64,000 bases of DNA from Candidatus Undinarchaeota archaeon (GCA_964519305.1 CAZFHY010000009.1:22229-86228); one strand, 5' to 3'. Counted from the stretch's first letter, positions 53,604 through 62,197 are shown. Notes: generated from the letters alone by a model not told the origin. Translations and numbers: made by a program.

Positions 53604-54383
53604 ATGGTGGACATGGTGCCCCTGCCCCGTCGCATCCTTCTTGCCTGTGACCTGGACGACACGGTCGCAGGCGATACAGAGGGTGAGCGCCGGTTCACAA
53701 CTGCCGTGAAGCTGGCACGTGACGCAGGCGTGCTTGTCCTTGCTTACGTCACCGGAAGATACCTTGCATCGGGCCAGCGACTGGTCGCCCAGCTCGGTCT
53801 TCCGGAACCGGACTGGTGGGGATGCGACTCGGGAGCTTCGTTGTATCAGGTAGTGGATGGGGAAGCTATTGAACTGACCGGAGAGCTTTCTCAGGGACAA
53901 TGGGACGCTGAACAAGTACGCTCACGTCTGTCCGGGCACCCCGCGCTCGTCCCGCAGGACTTCGACAACGTCCGTCGTGTGAGCTATATCGTGACGAACG
54001 TGGAGCCACAATCTGTTGTCCAGGAAGTGAGAGGAGCGCTGGTAGGACTAGATGTCAGCGTCGCGCTCATCAAGGGCAACGGTCTGGACGTGCTCCCCGT
54101 AGGATGTGACAAGGGCGTGGCCGTAGCGTTCATAGCAGAGCACGAGGGTATCCCTGCAGGTAACGTCCTGGTGGTGGGTGACAGCGAGAACGATGTCCCC
54201 ATGCTCACGGGAGGATTCGGCCGGGCCGTTATAGTGGGGAACGCGGAGCCACATGTTAAAGAGGCGTTAAAGAATGAGGGCGTCATTGTAGAATCGGCCA
54301 CCCATGGGACTGCCGTGGCCGATGCTCTCGAATCGTTCATCTCAGAACGTGGATTTGCCCCTTCACCTACGAAAAGTTATTAA
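53604..54383 (+). CDS. HAD-IIB phosphatase (sucrose-phosphate phosphatase / mannosyl-3-phosphoglycerate phosphatase-like)
   Basis: Motif I 'LACDLDDTV', 'TGR', and 'VVGDSENDVPML'. SD GGGAGGTGA upstream. Confidence 0.65.
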   Translation: MVDMVPLPRRILLACDLDDTVAGDTEGERRFTTAVKLARDAGVLVLAYVTGRYLASGQRLVAQLGLPEPDWWGCDSGASLYQVVDGEAIELTGELSQGQWDAEQVRSRLSGHPALVPQDFDNVRRVSYIVTNVEPQSVVQEVRGALVGLDVSVALIKGNGLDVLPVGCDKGVAVAFIAEHEGIPAGNVLVVGDSENDVPMLTGGFGRAVIVGNAEPHVKEALKNEGVIVESATHGTAVADALESFISERGFAPSPTKSY

Positions 54384-54420
54384 GCGACGACCCTCGCCCA
54401 TTCTTACCTGACGGGGTAAC

Positions 54421-55449
54421 TTGGACGTGTTGTCCGAACATCTTACTTTAGATGGGGAGAAGGATTCCCCCTCGCCCCAGGGCTGGGCACCCGAGGACAA
54501 GTACCTCTGGGACTTCTGGACCGTCGAGAAGGATGGCCAGCACCACATGTTCTACCTCCAGGCACCCCGTGACATCTCCGATCCCGAGATGCGCCACGGG
54601 ATGGCGACTGTGGGGCATGCCGTCTCCGACGACCTCGTCAACTGGGAGGAGATCGGTACTGCTTTGGGACCGGGACCGAAGGGCTCGTGGGACGACACCA
54701 GTATCTGGACCGGCTCCGTCATCGAGAAGGACGGGCGCTACTTCATGTTCTACACGTCCCGCTCCTCCGAGGATGACGGCCTGATCCAGCGCGTGGGTCT
54801 GGCGACCTCGGACGACCTCGTCAACTGGGAGAAGCAGCCCGGACCCGTCATGGAGGCCGACGCCAGGTGGTACGAGAAGCTCGGCGATCCCGGTGCGACA
54901 ACCGAGTCATGGCGCGATCCGCAAGTGGTGTACGACCCGTCAGATGGTTTCTACCACGCCTACGTGTGCGCCCGTACCAACGAGGGACCGCTCGATAGCA
55001 GAGGATGCATCGCCCATGCCCGCTCCAAGGACCTCTATGACTGGGAGGTGATGGCGCCCATCAGCGCCCCCGGGCACTTCTCGCAGATGGAGGTGCCCGT
55101 AATGCACAAGCACGGGGACAAGTACCACCTATTCTTCGCCACAGACGAACGGTCGTACTCTTCGACGCACGAGAACGAGATAGAGGGCGCTCCGCAGACA
55201 GGAGTGTTCATGTACGTGTCCGACCGGCCAGACGGCGGGTTCCGACCTGCTGGCAACGAGGTGGTCATGGGCAGCGATACCAACGCCTACACATGTCGGA
55301 TCGTGCAGGGTGAGGACGGTCGCGACCGGCTGCTCACCTGGCTCTTCGAGGCCGAGGGCAGGGACGGGTTCGCGGGCGTCATCGACACGCCGTACATCGT
55401 CAGCTACAACGACGATGGTTCCATCGAACTGGAGCGCGAGGTCTACTAG
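54421..55449 (+). CDS. clan GH-J glycoside hydrolase (GH32/GH68-like beta-fructosidase/fructosyltransferase)
   Basis: 'LWDFWTV' (nucleophile Asp), 'IWTGSV', 'WRDPQVV' (RDP) and 'QMEVPVM' (acid/base Glu). Start is TTG 54421 or GTG 54427. Confidence 0.6.
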   Translation: MDVLSEHLTLDGEKDSPSPQGWAPEDKYLWDFWTVEKDGQHHMFYLQAPRDISDPEMRHGMATVGHAVSDDLVNWEEIGTALGPGPKGSWDDTSIWTGSVIEKDGRYFMFYTSRSSEDDGLIQRVGLATSDDLVNWEKQPGPVMEADARWYEKLGDPGATTESWRDPQVVYDPSDGFYHAYVCARTNEGPLDSRGCIAHARSKDLYDWEVMAPISAPGHFSQMEVPVMHKHGDKYHLFFATDERSYSSTHENEIEGAPQTGVFMYVSDRPDGGFRPAGNEVVMGSDTNAYTCRIVQGEDGRDRLLTWLFEAEGRDGFAGVIDTPYIVSYNDDGSIELEREVY

Positions 55450-55506
55450 CCCGCTCGTCCAAAAGGTAGTTAAATCGATATACCTCCTAGTCTGAGGAGG
55501 ATCATC

Positions 55507-56214
55507 ATGGAGAGAGCGTCACATGCAAAGAGGACGGGACCCATCATCGCCGTCCTTGCGACCATAATCCTTCTGTCCTTCATCCCGCTTGCGTTCGATA
55601 CCTACTCCGTAACGAGGGAGAAGGGAGAGGTCGGTGCTTTCAAGGAGGGTGTCCAGTTCGGGTACGAGATGGCCACCGAGATGCTGGCTCGCGAAGTGGG
55701 TTCTTGCCAGCCTATAGAGCTGTCGCTGGGAGACAAGATCGTGAACGTGACCGCCGTCGACTGTATCCGTGAGCGGGATGTCCAGGCGGGAGCACGCGTA
55801 GGGCATGACCAGGCGCTCATTCAGCTCATAAACCAGGCCGCGTCGTGCGAACCGGTCGCCGTCCATATGCAGGACCAGACCATCAACCTCACCATGGTCG
55901 AGTGCGTCCAGAACCGTGAGCTGCAGTTGGGTGCTCAGTACGGGTACGAGCGCGCCCTCACGCAGGTCGTCGCGCAGGCAGTTACGTGCGAGCCCGTCCC
56001 TATCCAGCTACAGAACCAGACGGTCAATGTGACGGCGTCAGGTTGCGTGCAGCAGAAGGACGTCCAGGCCGGCGTCCAGTACGGCTACGAGATGGCGGTG
56101 ACACAGCTGATGACCGAAGCACAGAAGTGCCAGCCGGTCACAGCAAAGGTGCACAATAGGACGATCGACCTGATAGCCGTTGAATGCCTACAACCAATGA
56201 ACGTGACCACCTGA
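55507..56214 (+). CDS. membrane-anchored protein built from four ~46-aa Cys-pair repeats
   Basis: An N-terminal TM followed by 4 repeats of 'G.Q(Y/F)GYE.A..Q....A..C.PV......Q..N.T...C.Q....Q'. SD GAGGAGG upstream. Confidence 0.7.
   Translation: MERASHAKRTGPIIAVLATIILLSFIPLAFDTYSVTREKGEVGAFKEGVQFGYEMATEMLAREVGSCQPIELSLGDKIVNVTAVDCIRERDVQAGARVGHDQALIQLINQAASCEPVAVHMQDQTINLTMVECVQNRELQLGAQYGYERALTQVVAQAVTCEPVPIQLQNQTVNVTASGCVQQKDVQAGVQYGYEMAVTQLMTEAQKCQPVTAKVHNRTIDLIAVECLQPMNVTT
55648..56200 (+). repeat. four tandem ~138-bp coding repeats inside 55507-56214
   Basis: The protein-level periodicity of 46-47 aa starts at residues ~48, 94, 141 and 188. Each unit has two Cys and one N-x-T sequon. 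Confidence 0.65.
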
Positions 56215-56300
56215 TACGTGATCAGTGATCCACACAAGTACTCCTTTCAGTAGTCACGAAAACATATCATCACCGGGGACCATCATTACTGATGGCCCCC

Positions 56301-56367
56301 TGGCGATGATGAGAGCCTTATGATGGTAGGGGAGCTATCTCCGATGACCGACCAGGGTACTGAGCCT
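56301..56367 (+). ncRNA. candidate C/D-box sRNA
   Basis: C box GATGATGA at 56305-56312. C'-like CCGATGA at 56341-56347, an exactly 12-nt spacer, then D box CTGA at 56360-56363. Flanking GGC/GCC pairing. About 67 nt. It is intergenic between convergent genes. D' is degenerate. Confidence 0.35.
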
Positions 56368-56405
56368 GTGGGGCCACCAACCTTTTCAACCTTTCCCCGC
56401 GCGCC

Positions 56406-57485
56406 CTACTCCAGGTCACCGCGCAAGAGCTCCTTGATCTCGTTGCGCTCATGCCGTGCCTGCTGTAGCGATTCGGGAACCCTGAGAAGGTGGTCCATGG
56501 ACATACCCTTGTAGAAGTATCCGCCCACATCCTCGTCAGGAGCGAGCTTCTCCTTGTGGGAGACAGCATACGAGAGGTTGTGGAGGTAGTCCTTCCCGAG
56601 ACAGACCGCATACTTCGGGACGTTGAACAGTAGGCGCCATCGCATGCCACCCTTCACGTCGTTGTCCGTCAGCTTCCGCTTCGCGGCCAGTTGGGCAAGG
56701 TTGAAGAACCTCGTCGAGGCGATGCGGCCCAGGGAGTGCAGGACAGGTGAATCATACCACGAACCGCCCCGCTCTCCTGTGTACTCGTAGATCGGGTTCT
56801 CACCGCCCCATACGTGCTTTATCCGCCCCTCTTCCTCGAGACGGTCGAAGGCGGACTGGTAGGAGCTCTTGATCTGCTGGAACATCTCACCGTACGTACC
56901 GGCCACCTCCATGCGCTCGATGCGTTCGGCCATCTCTGGCAGTGCCAGCACCTTCTTCACGATGGCGGTCTCGACGATGTCGTTGCGGGTCAGGTAGATG
57001 GGGACGTCCTCGTCGAGCCCCTTGGCCAGGTAAGCAACGTCGTCTAGCGCTTTTGTAGCGATCTCATACTTGTTCTCCACGTCAAGGGATTCAACGTACT
57101 CTCCGCCCACGGGCGCCTCGTAGTTGAACATAGTGGTCCCCACGTGCTCCAGGGACAGGCCACGCGCATCGGTGATGCCCCGCTCGAAACCGTCACGAGT
57201 GAGGGCGATCGCATGCACCTCCACGTCGTCGATGTAGAAGGATTCGAACCCGGCCTTGTCCTCGTACCCGTCCTCGAGAACAACGAAACAGTCGACGTCG
57301 GATGCGGGCTTTGCGTATCCGTTGACCCGGGAGCCGTACACAAGGACCGCCTTGGCAGCGTCGCCGTAAAGCTCACCGATACCGTCAACTGCGCCCTCGA
57401 TGAGGTCCGCGTTCTCCTCAGGTGTGGCCAGCATGGTCATCCGCAGGTCCTCCGTCCTACTAGACTGCATTTGGAGGCAGATCAC
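56406..57485 (-). CDS. Pol-beta-superfamily nucleotidyltransferase-domain protein with a large C-terminal domain
   Basis: 'AVLVYGSRVNGYAKPASDVDCFVVL' (the G-S and D-x-D motifs). The start may be a downstream Met (57470/57440), because a TATA-like taaatagg lies at about 57497-57504. Confidence 0.6.
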   Translation of the reverse strand: MICLQMQSSRTEDLRMTMLATPEENADLIEGAVDGIGELYGDAAKAVLVYGSRVNGYAKPASDVDCFVVLEDGYEDKAGFESFYIDDVEVHAIALTRDGFERGITDARGLSLEHVGTTMFNYEAPVGGEYVESLDVENKYEIATKALDDVAYLAKGLDEDVPIYLTRNDIVETAIVKKVLALPEMAERIERMEVAGTYGEMFQQIKSSYQSAFDRLEEEGRIKHVWGGENPIYEYTGERGGSWYDSPVLHSLGRIASTRFFNLAQLAAKRKLTDNDVKGGMRWRLLFNVPKYAVCLGKDYLHNLSYAVSHKEKLAPDEDVGGYFYKGMSMDHLLRVPESLQQARHERNEIKELLRGDLE

Positions 57486-57647
57486 CCCTATTTAAGTCGT
57501 ATCTTGGGGCGCAGGTGTGCTGTTTTGTGTCACGTTCCGCTGCGGCTCTTCCATGTGCCGCAAGGGGTCCAGAATTAGGTCCGGCCACTGGCCGGTTCGG
57601 TCCCATCATTACCGAGGGCGGGAGGCCGTCCACCTTCAGGTGGAGCC

Positions 57648-57863
57648 TCACTCCCGCCGCTCGCGTGCCCTACGGTTTATCGTCGTGTTGTGGATACGGG
57701 TGAGGTATCCGGCAACCTTATTGCGCAGCTTGGATGTCGGGAAGGTAAGAAGTTCTTCCGCCATCTGCTTGTTCTTGTAGAAGTCACTTGAGAACACTTC
57801 AGGGTGGTCCTCATAGAGCTTACCTGCTACGCGCTTTACGAGCGTTGTGCGAATTCGTCCCAG
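57648..57863 (-). CDS. rps17e: ribosomal protein S17e (eS17), apparent CTG start
   Basis: The minus frame encodes '(L)GRIRTTLVKRVAGKLYEDHPEVFSSDFYKNKQMAEELLTFPTSKLRNKVAGYLTRIHN...'. The codon at the Met position is CTG, preceded in frame by TGA. GGAGG lies 8 nt upstream. Absent from the ORF track. Confidence 0.7.
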   Translation of the reverse strand: MGRIRTTLVKRVAGKLYEDHPEVFSSDFYKNKQMAEELLTFPTSKLRNKVAGYLTRIHNTTINRRARERRE

Positions 57864-57882
57864 TCATTTCACCTCCTTTTCA

Positions 57883-58383
57883 TCATATCGTGTCCAGCTC
57901 GATGAGCTGAGGCTCCATGGAGCCAAGGTCGACTATCATTACCGTAGGGACACCCGTGAGGTACGGGCAGGTCTCTCCGGGATTGACCAGCAGGGTGTCG
58001 TCCCGCTGGATGATCTCATGCTTGTGGGTGTGGCCGCGCACGACCAGGTCGTAGTTACCGGATGAGAGCACGGCGGATACAAGCTTGGGGCTCTCGCCGT
58101 GGAGCATGGCGACCCGGCGGTTGGCCAGCTCTAGGTCGGCGAACCTCCCGTGGAAGGTGGCGATCCCATCGAACTTCTTGGTGAGGAAGGGTATGTCGCC
58201 GTCGTTGTTCCCGAACACCGCGGCCATGGGCGGTTTGAGCTCCCTGAAGGCGCGTGCGGTGAACGGGGAGACGAGGTCACCGGCGTGGAGCACGTACTCC
58301 ACGTCCTCCCGGTTGAAGGTGGCCACAGCGGACTCGATGAAGTCGATGTTATCATGCGAGTCGGACATCACTCCGATCCTCAT
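57883..58383 (-). CDS. YfcE/MJ0936-family metallophosphoesterase
   Basis: 'MRIGVMSDSHDN', 'HAGD', 'GNNDGD' and 'RGHTH'. Confidence 0.8.
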   Translation of the reverse strand: MRIGVMSDSHDNIDFIESAVATFNREDVEYVLHAGDLVSPFTARAFRELKPPMAAVFGNNDGDIPFLTKKFDGIATFHGRFADLELANRRVAMLHGESPKLVSAVLSSGNYDLVVRGHTHKHEIIQRDDTLLVNPGETCPYLTGVPTVMIVDLGSMEPQLIELDTI

Positions 58384-58412
58384 GCAATACACCTCCTGTC
58401 ATGTACCATGGT

Positions 58413-59660
58413 CTACACCGAGTTCTCCAGGATGCGGATGAAGGCGGGGCGAGATACGAGCACGCTGACGAGCACCCCGAGGATGGTCGTGATGGCGAAG
58501 CCCTTCACAGCGCCCAGACCGACGAAGGTCAATGGCACCATCGCGCAGATGGTAGTGGAGGCGGCGGCGAAGATGATGAAGAACGCACGCTTGATGCGCG
58601 CCCGCCAGCCGTACACACGCTTCGTGTCCACGTCGCCCCGAATCATGGTGTCAGCGATGATGACCTGGTGGTCCACACCGGTCCCCACCGCGGCGATGAT
58701 GCCAGCGATGGCGGCCAGGTCGATCTGCCAGTGGATGAGCGAGGCCATCCCGAGGATGAGGATTATCTCCGAGGTGGAGGTGAAGAGGATGGAACCGACC
58801 ATGTAGGGCTCCCGGTACTTGACGATGAGGACGCACGCCACTCCGAGCAGTGCGACGAGGCCCGAGACCACGGATTGCTGCTTGAAGTCGGAACCGAGCT
58901 TGGGCGACACGTCGTTGATGGTCACGATGGATAGCTTGGTCGGTAACGCACCGGTAGACAGCACTGCCTGGAGGTAACGCATCTCGGAGAGCGCCTCCTC
59001 GCGGCTGGACGACGAGCCCTCGATACGGGCCTCGGTCGCTGGCTTGCACGCCATGCCCGACGCGATGCGGAGGTCTGACTTGACCACATCGTCCACCCTC
59101 AGGACCAGGTTGCACGCGGGCTCCAGGTACTCGCCTGTGGGATCGCGGGTGCAGTTGCACGTGGCGTCGGCGAACTTCCGCGCCTCATCGAAGTGCATCT
59201 CCACAGAGAACCAGAAGCGGAATACGTTCTCGCTCACCTGCGAGGTCCCGCTGCGCTGGGCATCGGTGAAAACGCGCTTGGTCTTTGTGAAGATTGTCTT
59301 GTTGCGGATCTGGCCCTCGAACTTGCCCTCTGCTTCGAGGTACCGTTCCGCCTCGGTGCGGTTCACACCGGCGAAGTCGATTATGATATACGAATTGCCC
59401 GAGAGCACATCGCTGACCACGCGGGTCGTCACGTCCTTAAGGGCGATGCGGTTGATACGCTGGTTGATGACGTTCCGTGCCGTCTCCAGGACGTCGGGGC
59501 CCACGGTGGCGTTGGGGGCCATGACGACGCGGACACCGCCCGAGATGTCGAGCCCGGTGTCGATACCACGGAACACGACGAGCGTGATGGACGCGATGAG
59601 GATGATCACGAGCAGGAGCACTTGAGGCTCCTTCAGGATCTTCTCGAAGTCCGGTTTCAT
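58413..59660 (-). CDS. secD: protein-export membrane protein SecD
   Basis: N-terminal TM, a large extracytoplasmic domain, and a C-terminal 5-TM bundle with 'IAGIIAAVGTGVDHQVIIAD'. Overlaps secF by 4 nt. Confidence 0.75.
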   Translation of the reverse strand: MKPDFEKILKEPQVLLLVIILIASITLVVFRGIDTGLDISGGVRVVMAPNATVGPDVLETARNVINQRINRIALKDVTTRVVSDVLSGNSYIIIDFAGVNRTEAERYLEAEGKFEGQIRNKTIFTKTKRVFTDAQRSGTSQVSENVFRFWFSVEMHFDEARKFADATCNCTRDPTGEYLEPACNLVLRVDDVVKSDLRIASGMACKPATEARIEGSSSSREEALSEMRYLQAVLSTGALPTKLSIVTINDVSPKLGSDFKQQSVVSGLVALLGVACVLIVKYREPYMVGSILFTSTSEIILILGMASLIHWQIDLAAIAGIIAAVGTGVDHQVIIADTMIRGDVDTKRVYGWRARIKRAFFIIFAAASTTICAMVPLTFVGLGAVKGFAITTILGVLVSVLVSRPAFIRILENSV

Positions 59661-60658
59661 TCGTCCACCCCCTCAAGTCGCCACTTGATGATGCCAGCGT
59701 TCTGGATCCAAGTGTTGATGACGTCGACGCTGATACCCAGAAGGAGCACTGTGGCGATCTCCTGTAGTACAGCGGCGTTGGATAGCAGGAGGATGGCGGT
59801 CACTGCGGCGATGGTAGTGGCCTCCATGGTGAGTCCTGTCATCATGGCGTCGAATATCCGATCGACGATACGACCCTCGCGACGCTTGAGTATGCGGGTA
59901 GTAAGGAGGATGTCCGAGTCAACGGAATAACCGATGAGCATCAGAAGCGCGGCGATGGTGGGCATCGAAAGCTTGATGCCCAATAGAGACATGAGCGCGT
60001 AGCTCTCCACTATATCGGAGAAGGCCGCGAGCATCACTGCCCCGGAGATGACGGGCTCACGGAAGAGTAGCGCGATAACAGCCCCCATGAGGACGAATGC
60101 AATCAATACTGCACGCTGTGCACCGGCGAAGGTGGACGCACTGATGGACGGATTGACCTGGTGGATGCTGTAGCTCCCGGTATCAATGTCTATGTTCAGC
60201 TGCTTCCCCAGTTCGGCCAGTATGGCATCCTTGTCGGGATCGCCCCCGACCTCGACCGCCACCTGGGTCTCGCCAGTGAGCGCGTTCTTGAGGACACGCA
60301 GCCGGATGTCCGAGCCGAAGCGACTTTGGAGCGCGCTCTCCAGCGTATTGGCGTTGACAGCAATATCGGTCTGGATGACTATCGAAAGTCCACCCTTGAG
60401 ATCTATGTCCTGCTCGGGCGGCATGGTGAATGCTATGACGAGAGCAATTGCGAGCATGGCGAAGGGGAGGATCATGAGCGTCTTGTAGTTCTTGTCGTAG
60501 TATTCTCTGAATTCGGCGATCTTAGGATGGAGCTCCTCCTTGGTCGTCTCTTCCTCGACCTTCTTTTTTTGGACCTTCTTAGGGACTTTGTCCTTCTTCC
60601 GGCCCTTGCTCTTCTTCTTGTCCGCCATGCGCTCGCCGCCTTCCAAAATGCTTTTCAA
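59657..60658 (-). CDS. secF: protein-export membrane protein SecF with a Lys-rich N-terminal extension
   Basis: 'ADKKKSKGRKKDKVPKKVQKKK', a TM, a small extracytoplasmic domain, and a TM bundle with 'LIGYSVDSDILLTTRILKRRE'. The start may be ATG 60628. Confidence 0.75.
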   Translation of the reverse strand: MKSILEGGERMADKKKSKGRKKDKVPKKVQKKKVEEETTKEELHPKIAEFREYYDKNYKTLMILPFAMLAIALVIAFTMPPEQDIDLKGGLSIVIQTDIAVNANTLESALQSRFGSDIRLRVLKNALTGETQVAVEVGGDPDKDAILAELGKQLNIDIDTGSYSIHQVNPSISASTFAGAQRAVLIAFVLMGAVIALLFREPVISGAVMLAAFSDIVESYALMSLLGIKLSMPTIAALLMLIGYSVDSDILLTTRILKRREGRIVDRIFDAMMTGLTMEATTIAAVTAILLLSNAAVLQEIATVLLLGISVDVINTWIQNAGIIKWRLEGVDE

Positions 60659-60724
60659 TCTGGCCCCCTAAGAGGGGACTAGGTGGGATGGCCGATGCCT
60701 GATATTTATAAAGCTAACCGAAAC

Positions 60725-61291
60725 GTGTTCGCGCTCTCAAGAAGGTTCCGTCGGTCGGGTAATGTGGCCTCACCGATGGACTTCGGGATTATTGTCGCCG
60801 TCACAGGAGTCGGGCGCGGCTGGCGCGTGCTCGAGGCGGGATGCGGTTCCGGATTCCTGACCTCCTTCCTCTCGGACTATGTCGGTCCGGAAGGGTCCAT
60901 TTTGACCTATGAGGTACGCGAGGAGGCCGTGCGCATCGCCCGATCCAACCTCGCGATAGCCGGCGCTGATAACGTGGAGCTCGTGGAGGGGCCCCTGAGC
61001 GTAGAAGGGCACGAGCAGCCCTTCGACCTTGTCTGCCTCGACATGCGTGACGCGGACGCGGTCCTCCCGGAAGTCACGGGAGTGGTGAAGAAAGGGGGCT
61101 GGGTGTTCGTGTACTCGCCCTTCATGGAACAGGTCGCTGCCGTTCATCGGGCGGCTGGTGACCTCCCCCTCAAGAACATCGTCACTTATGAGCCGCTCGT
61201 ACGCGAGATGCATGTTGACGACAGGGGTACTCGCGGTCGGACCCAGTTCCTCGGACAGGCCAGGTTCCTGACCTTCGCCCAAAAGGCATAG
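60725..61291 (+). CDS. trmI: SAM-dependent methyltransferase, TrmI/Gcd14-like tRNA (adenine-N1)-methyltransferase (short form)
   Basis: 'RVLEAGCGSGFLTSFLSDYVGPEGSILTYE', 'DLVCLDM' and the C-terminal 'GRTQFLGQARFLTFAQK'. The start is uncertain (60683-60776), because an AT-rich TATA element (60703-60716) lies inside the longest ORF. Confidence 0.55.
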   Translation: MFALSRRFRRSGNVASPMDFGIIVAVTGVGRGWRVLEAGCGSGFLTSFLSDYVGPEGSILTYEVREEAVRIARSNLAIAGADNVELVEGPLSVEGHEQPFDLVCLDMRDADAVLPEVTGVVKKGGWVFVYSPFMEQVAAVHRAAGDLPLKNIVTYEPLVREMHVDDRGTRGRTQFLGQARFLTFAQKA

Positions 61292-61323
61292 GTTTTTTCA
61301 AGTTTGACGACATAGTTGCTAAC

Positions 61324-61734
61324 ATGCCGGGCAAAGGGAGCAAGAAGAAGAGTACTAAGGAGAAGGAGGAGAAGTCCGTGCGAAAGGAGAAGCTCGTCGA
61401 GAAAAAGGAAGAGACGGAGGCCGCTCCCGCCAAGAAAGAGGTCGAGGTAAAGGAAGCTGAGGTCGAGCTTCCGCCCGTCCCTCACCCAAAGAAGCGCAGG
61501 CCGATATCCACCTGGCAGAAGCCGGAGATCCTGGGTCTAGGATTCGGATTGTGCGCGCTTGGACTCGCTATCGTGATCGTGTACTATTCCTATATTATCG
61601 AGAAGGGCGTGGACTGGAGCATTGCCCACTTCGGTACCGAGTTCTACCACTTCTCCGTGCTGGGGATCTTCCTCATGGTCACAGGATCCATGTTCTTAGG
61701 AATGTACTTCGCGACGCCCAAGGAGTTCATGTAG
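61324..61734 (+). CDS. two-TM membrane protein with a Lys/Glu-rich N-terminal region
   Basis: 'GKGSKKKSTKEKEEKSVRKEKLVEKKEE' followed by two hydrophobic helices. Confidence 0.5.
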   Translation: MPGKGSKKKSTKEKEEKSVRKEKLVEKKEETEAAPAKKEVEVKEAEVELPPVPHPKKRRPISTWQKPEILGLGFGLCALGLAIVIVYYSYIIEKGVDWSIAHFGTEFYHFSVLGIFLMVTGSMFLGMYFATPKEFM

Positions 61735-61852
61735 ACAGATCCTCACAATTATGAGACATATCTCTCGTCAGCGTGAGCTGCATTTCTATCCGATCAATAA
61801 GTGACGATCGATAGAAGGCAGGTTATTGCGGGGGAGCGTAAGCCCCCCCGCA

Positions 61853-61984
61853 TGGGCCCGACGGGATTTGAACCCGCGACAAACAGGTGTCTCCATCTCA
61901 TTGCCAAGTGGCTCGAAACACCCGATTTCGGGATGCCGCAGTGGCTTAAGAGCCTGCCGCTCTGCCAGACTGAGCTACGGGCCC
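61853..61984 (-). tRNA. tRNA-Lys (anticodon CUU) with a 58-nt intron at the canonical 37/38 position
   Basis: Exons fold by hand with acceptor GGGCCCG/CGGGCCC, D arm GCTC-AGTCTGGCA-GAGC and anticodon arm GCAGG-CTCTTAA-[intron ~61889-61946]-CCTGT. The T arm is GCGGG-TTCAAAT-CCCGT. No CCA is encoded. Confidence 0.8.
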
Positions 61985-62011
61985 GCTGGATTACCTATGC
62001 GGGACCTGGCC

Positions 62012-62197
62012 CTACCAGAGCCGGATCCGGTTGAATTGCTTTCTTTGCCAGTTGTACCTTCGGATTCGCGAGGTGGCGCCATACCCGCAGGCCGAGCAGC
62101 GTTTCTTCACTCGATGGTACGAGTGCCTGCCGCAGCGCCTGCACGGGAGGTGCATCGCCTTCTGGTGCTTACCGAAGGATGGTGTACCTTTGCTCAT
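62012..62197 (-). CDS. rpl37e: ribosomal protein L37e (eL37)
   Basis: 'GTPSFGKHQK..H..CRRCGRHSYH....CSACGY' zinc-ribbon signature. Confidence 0.9.
   Translation of the reverse strand: MSKGTPSFGKHQKAMHLPCRRCGRHSYHRVKKRCSACGYGATSRIRRYNWQRKQFNRIRLW

Noticed and set aside
57460-57651. 63-aa minus-strand ORF between rps17e and the nucleotidyltransferase gene
   Set aside because: It overlaps both the rps17e stop and the NTase start, has Pro/Gly/Ala-rich composition, and has no start signals.
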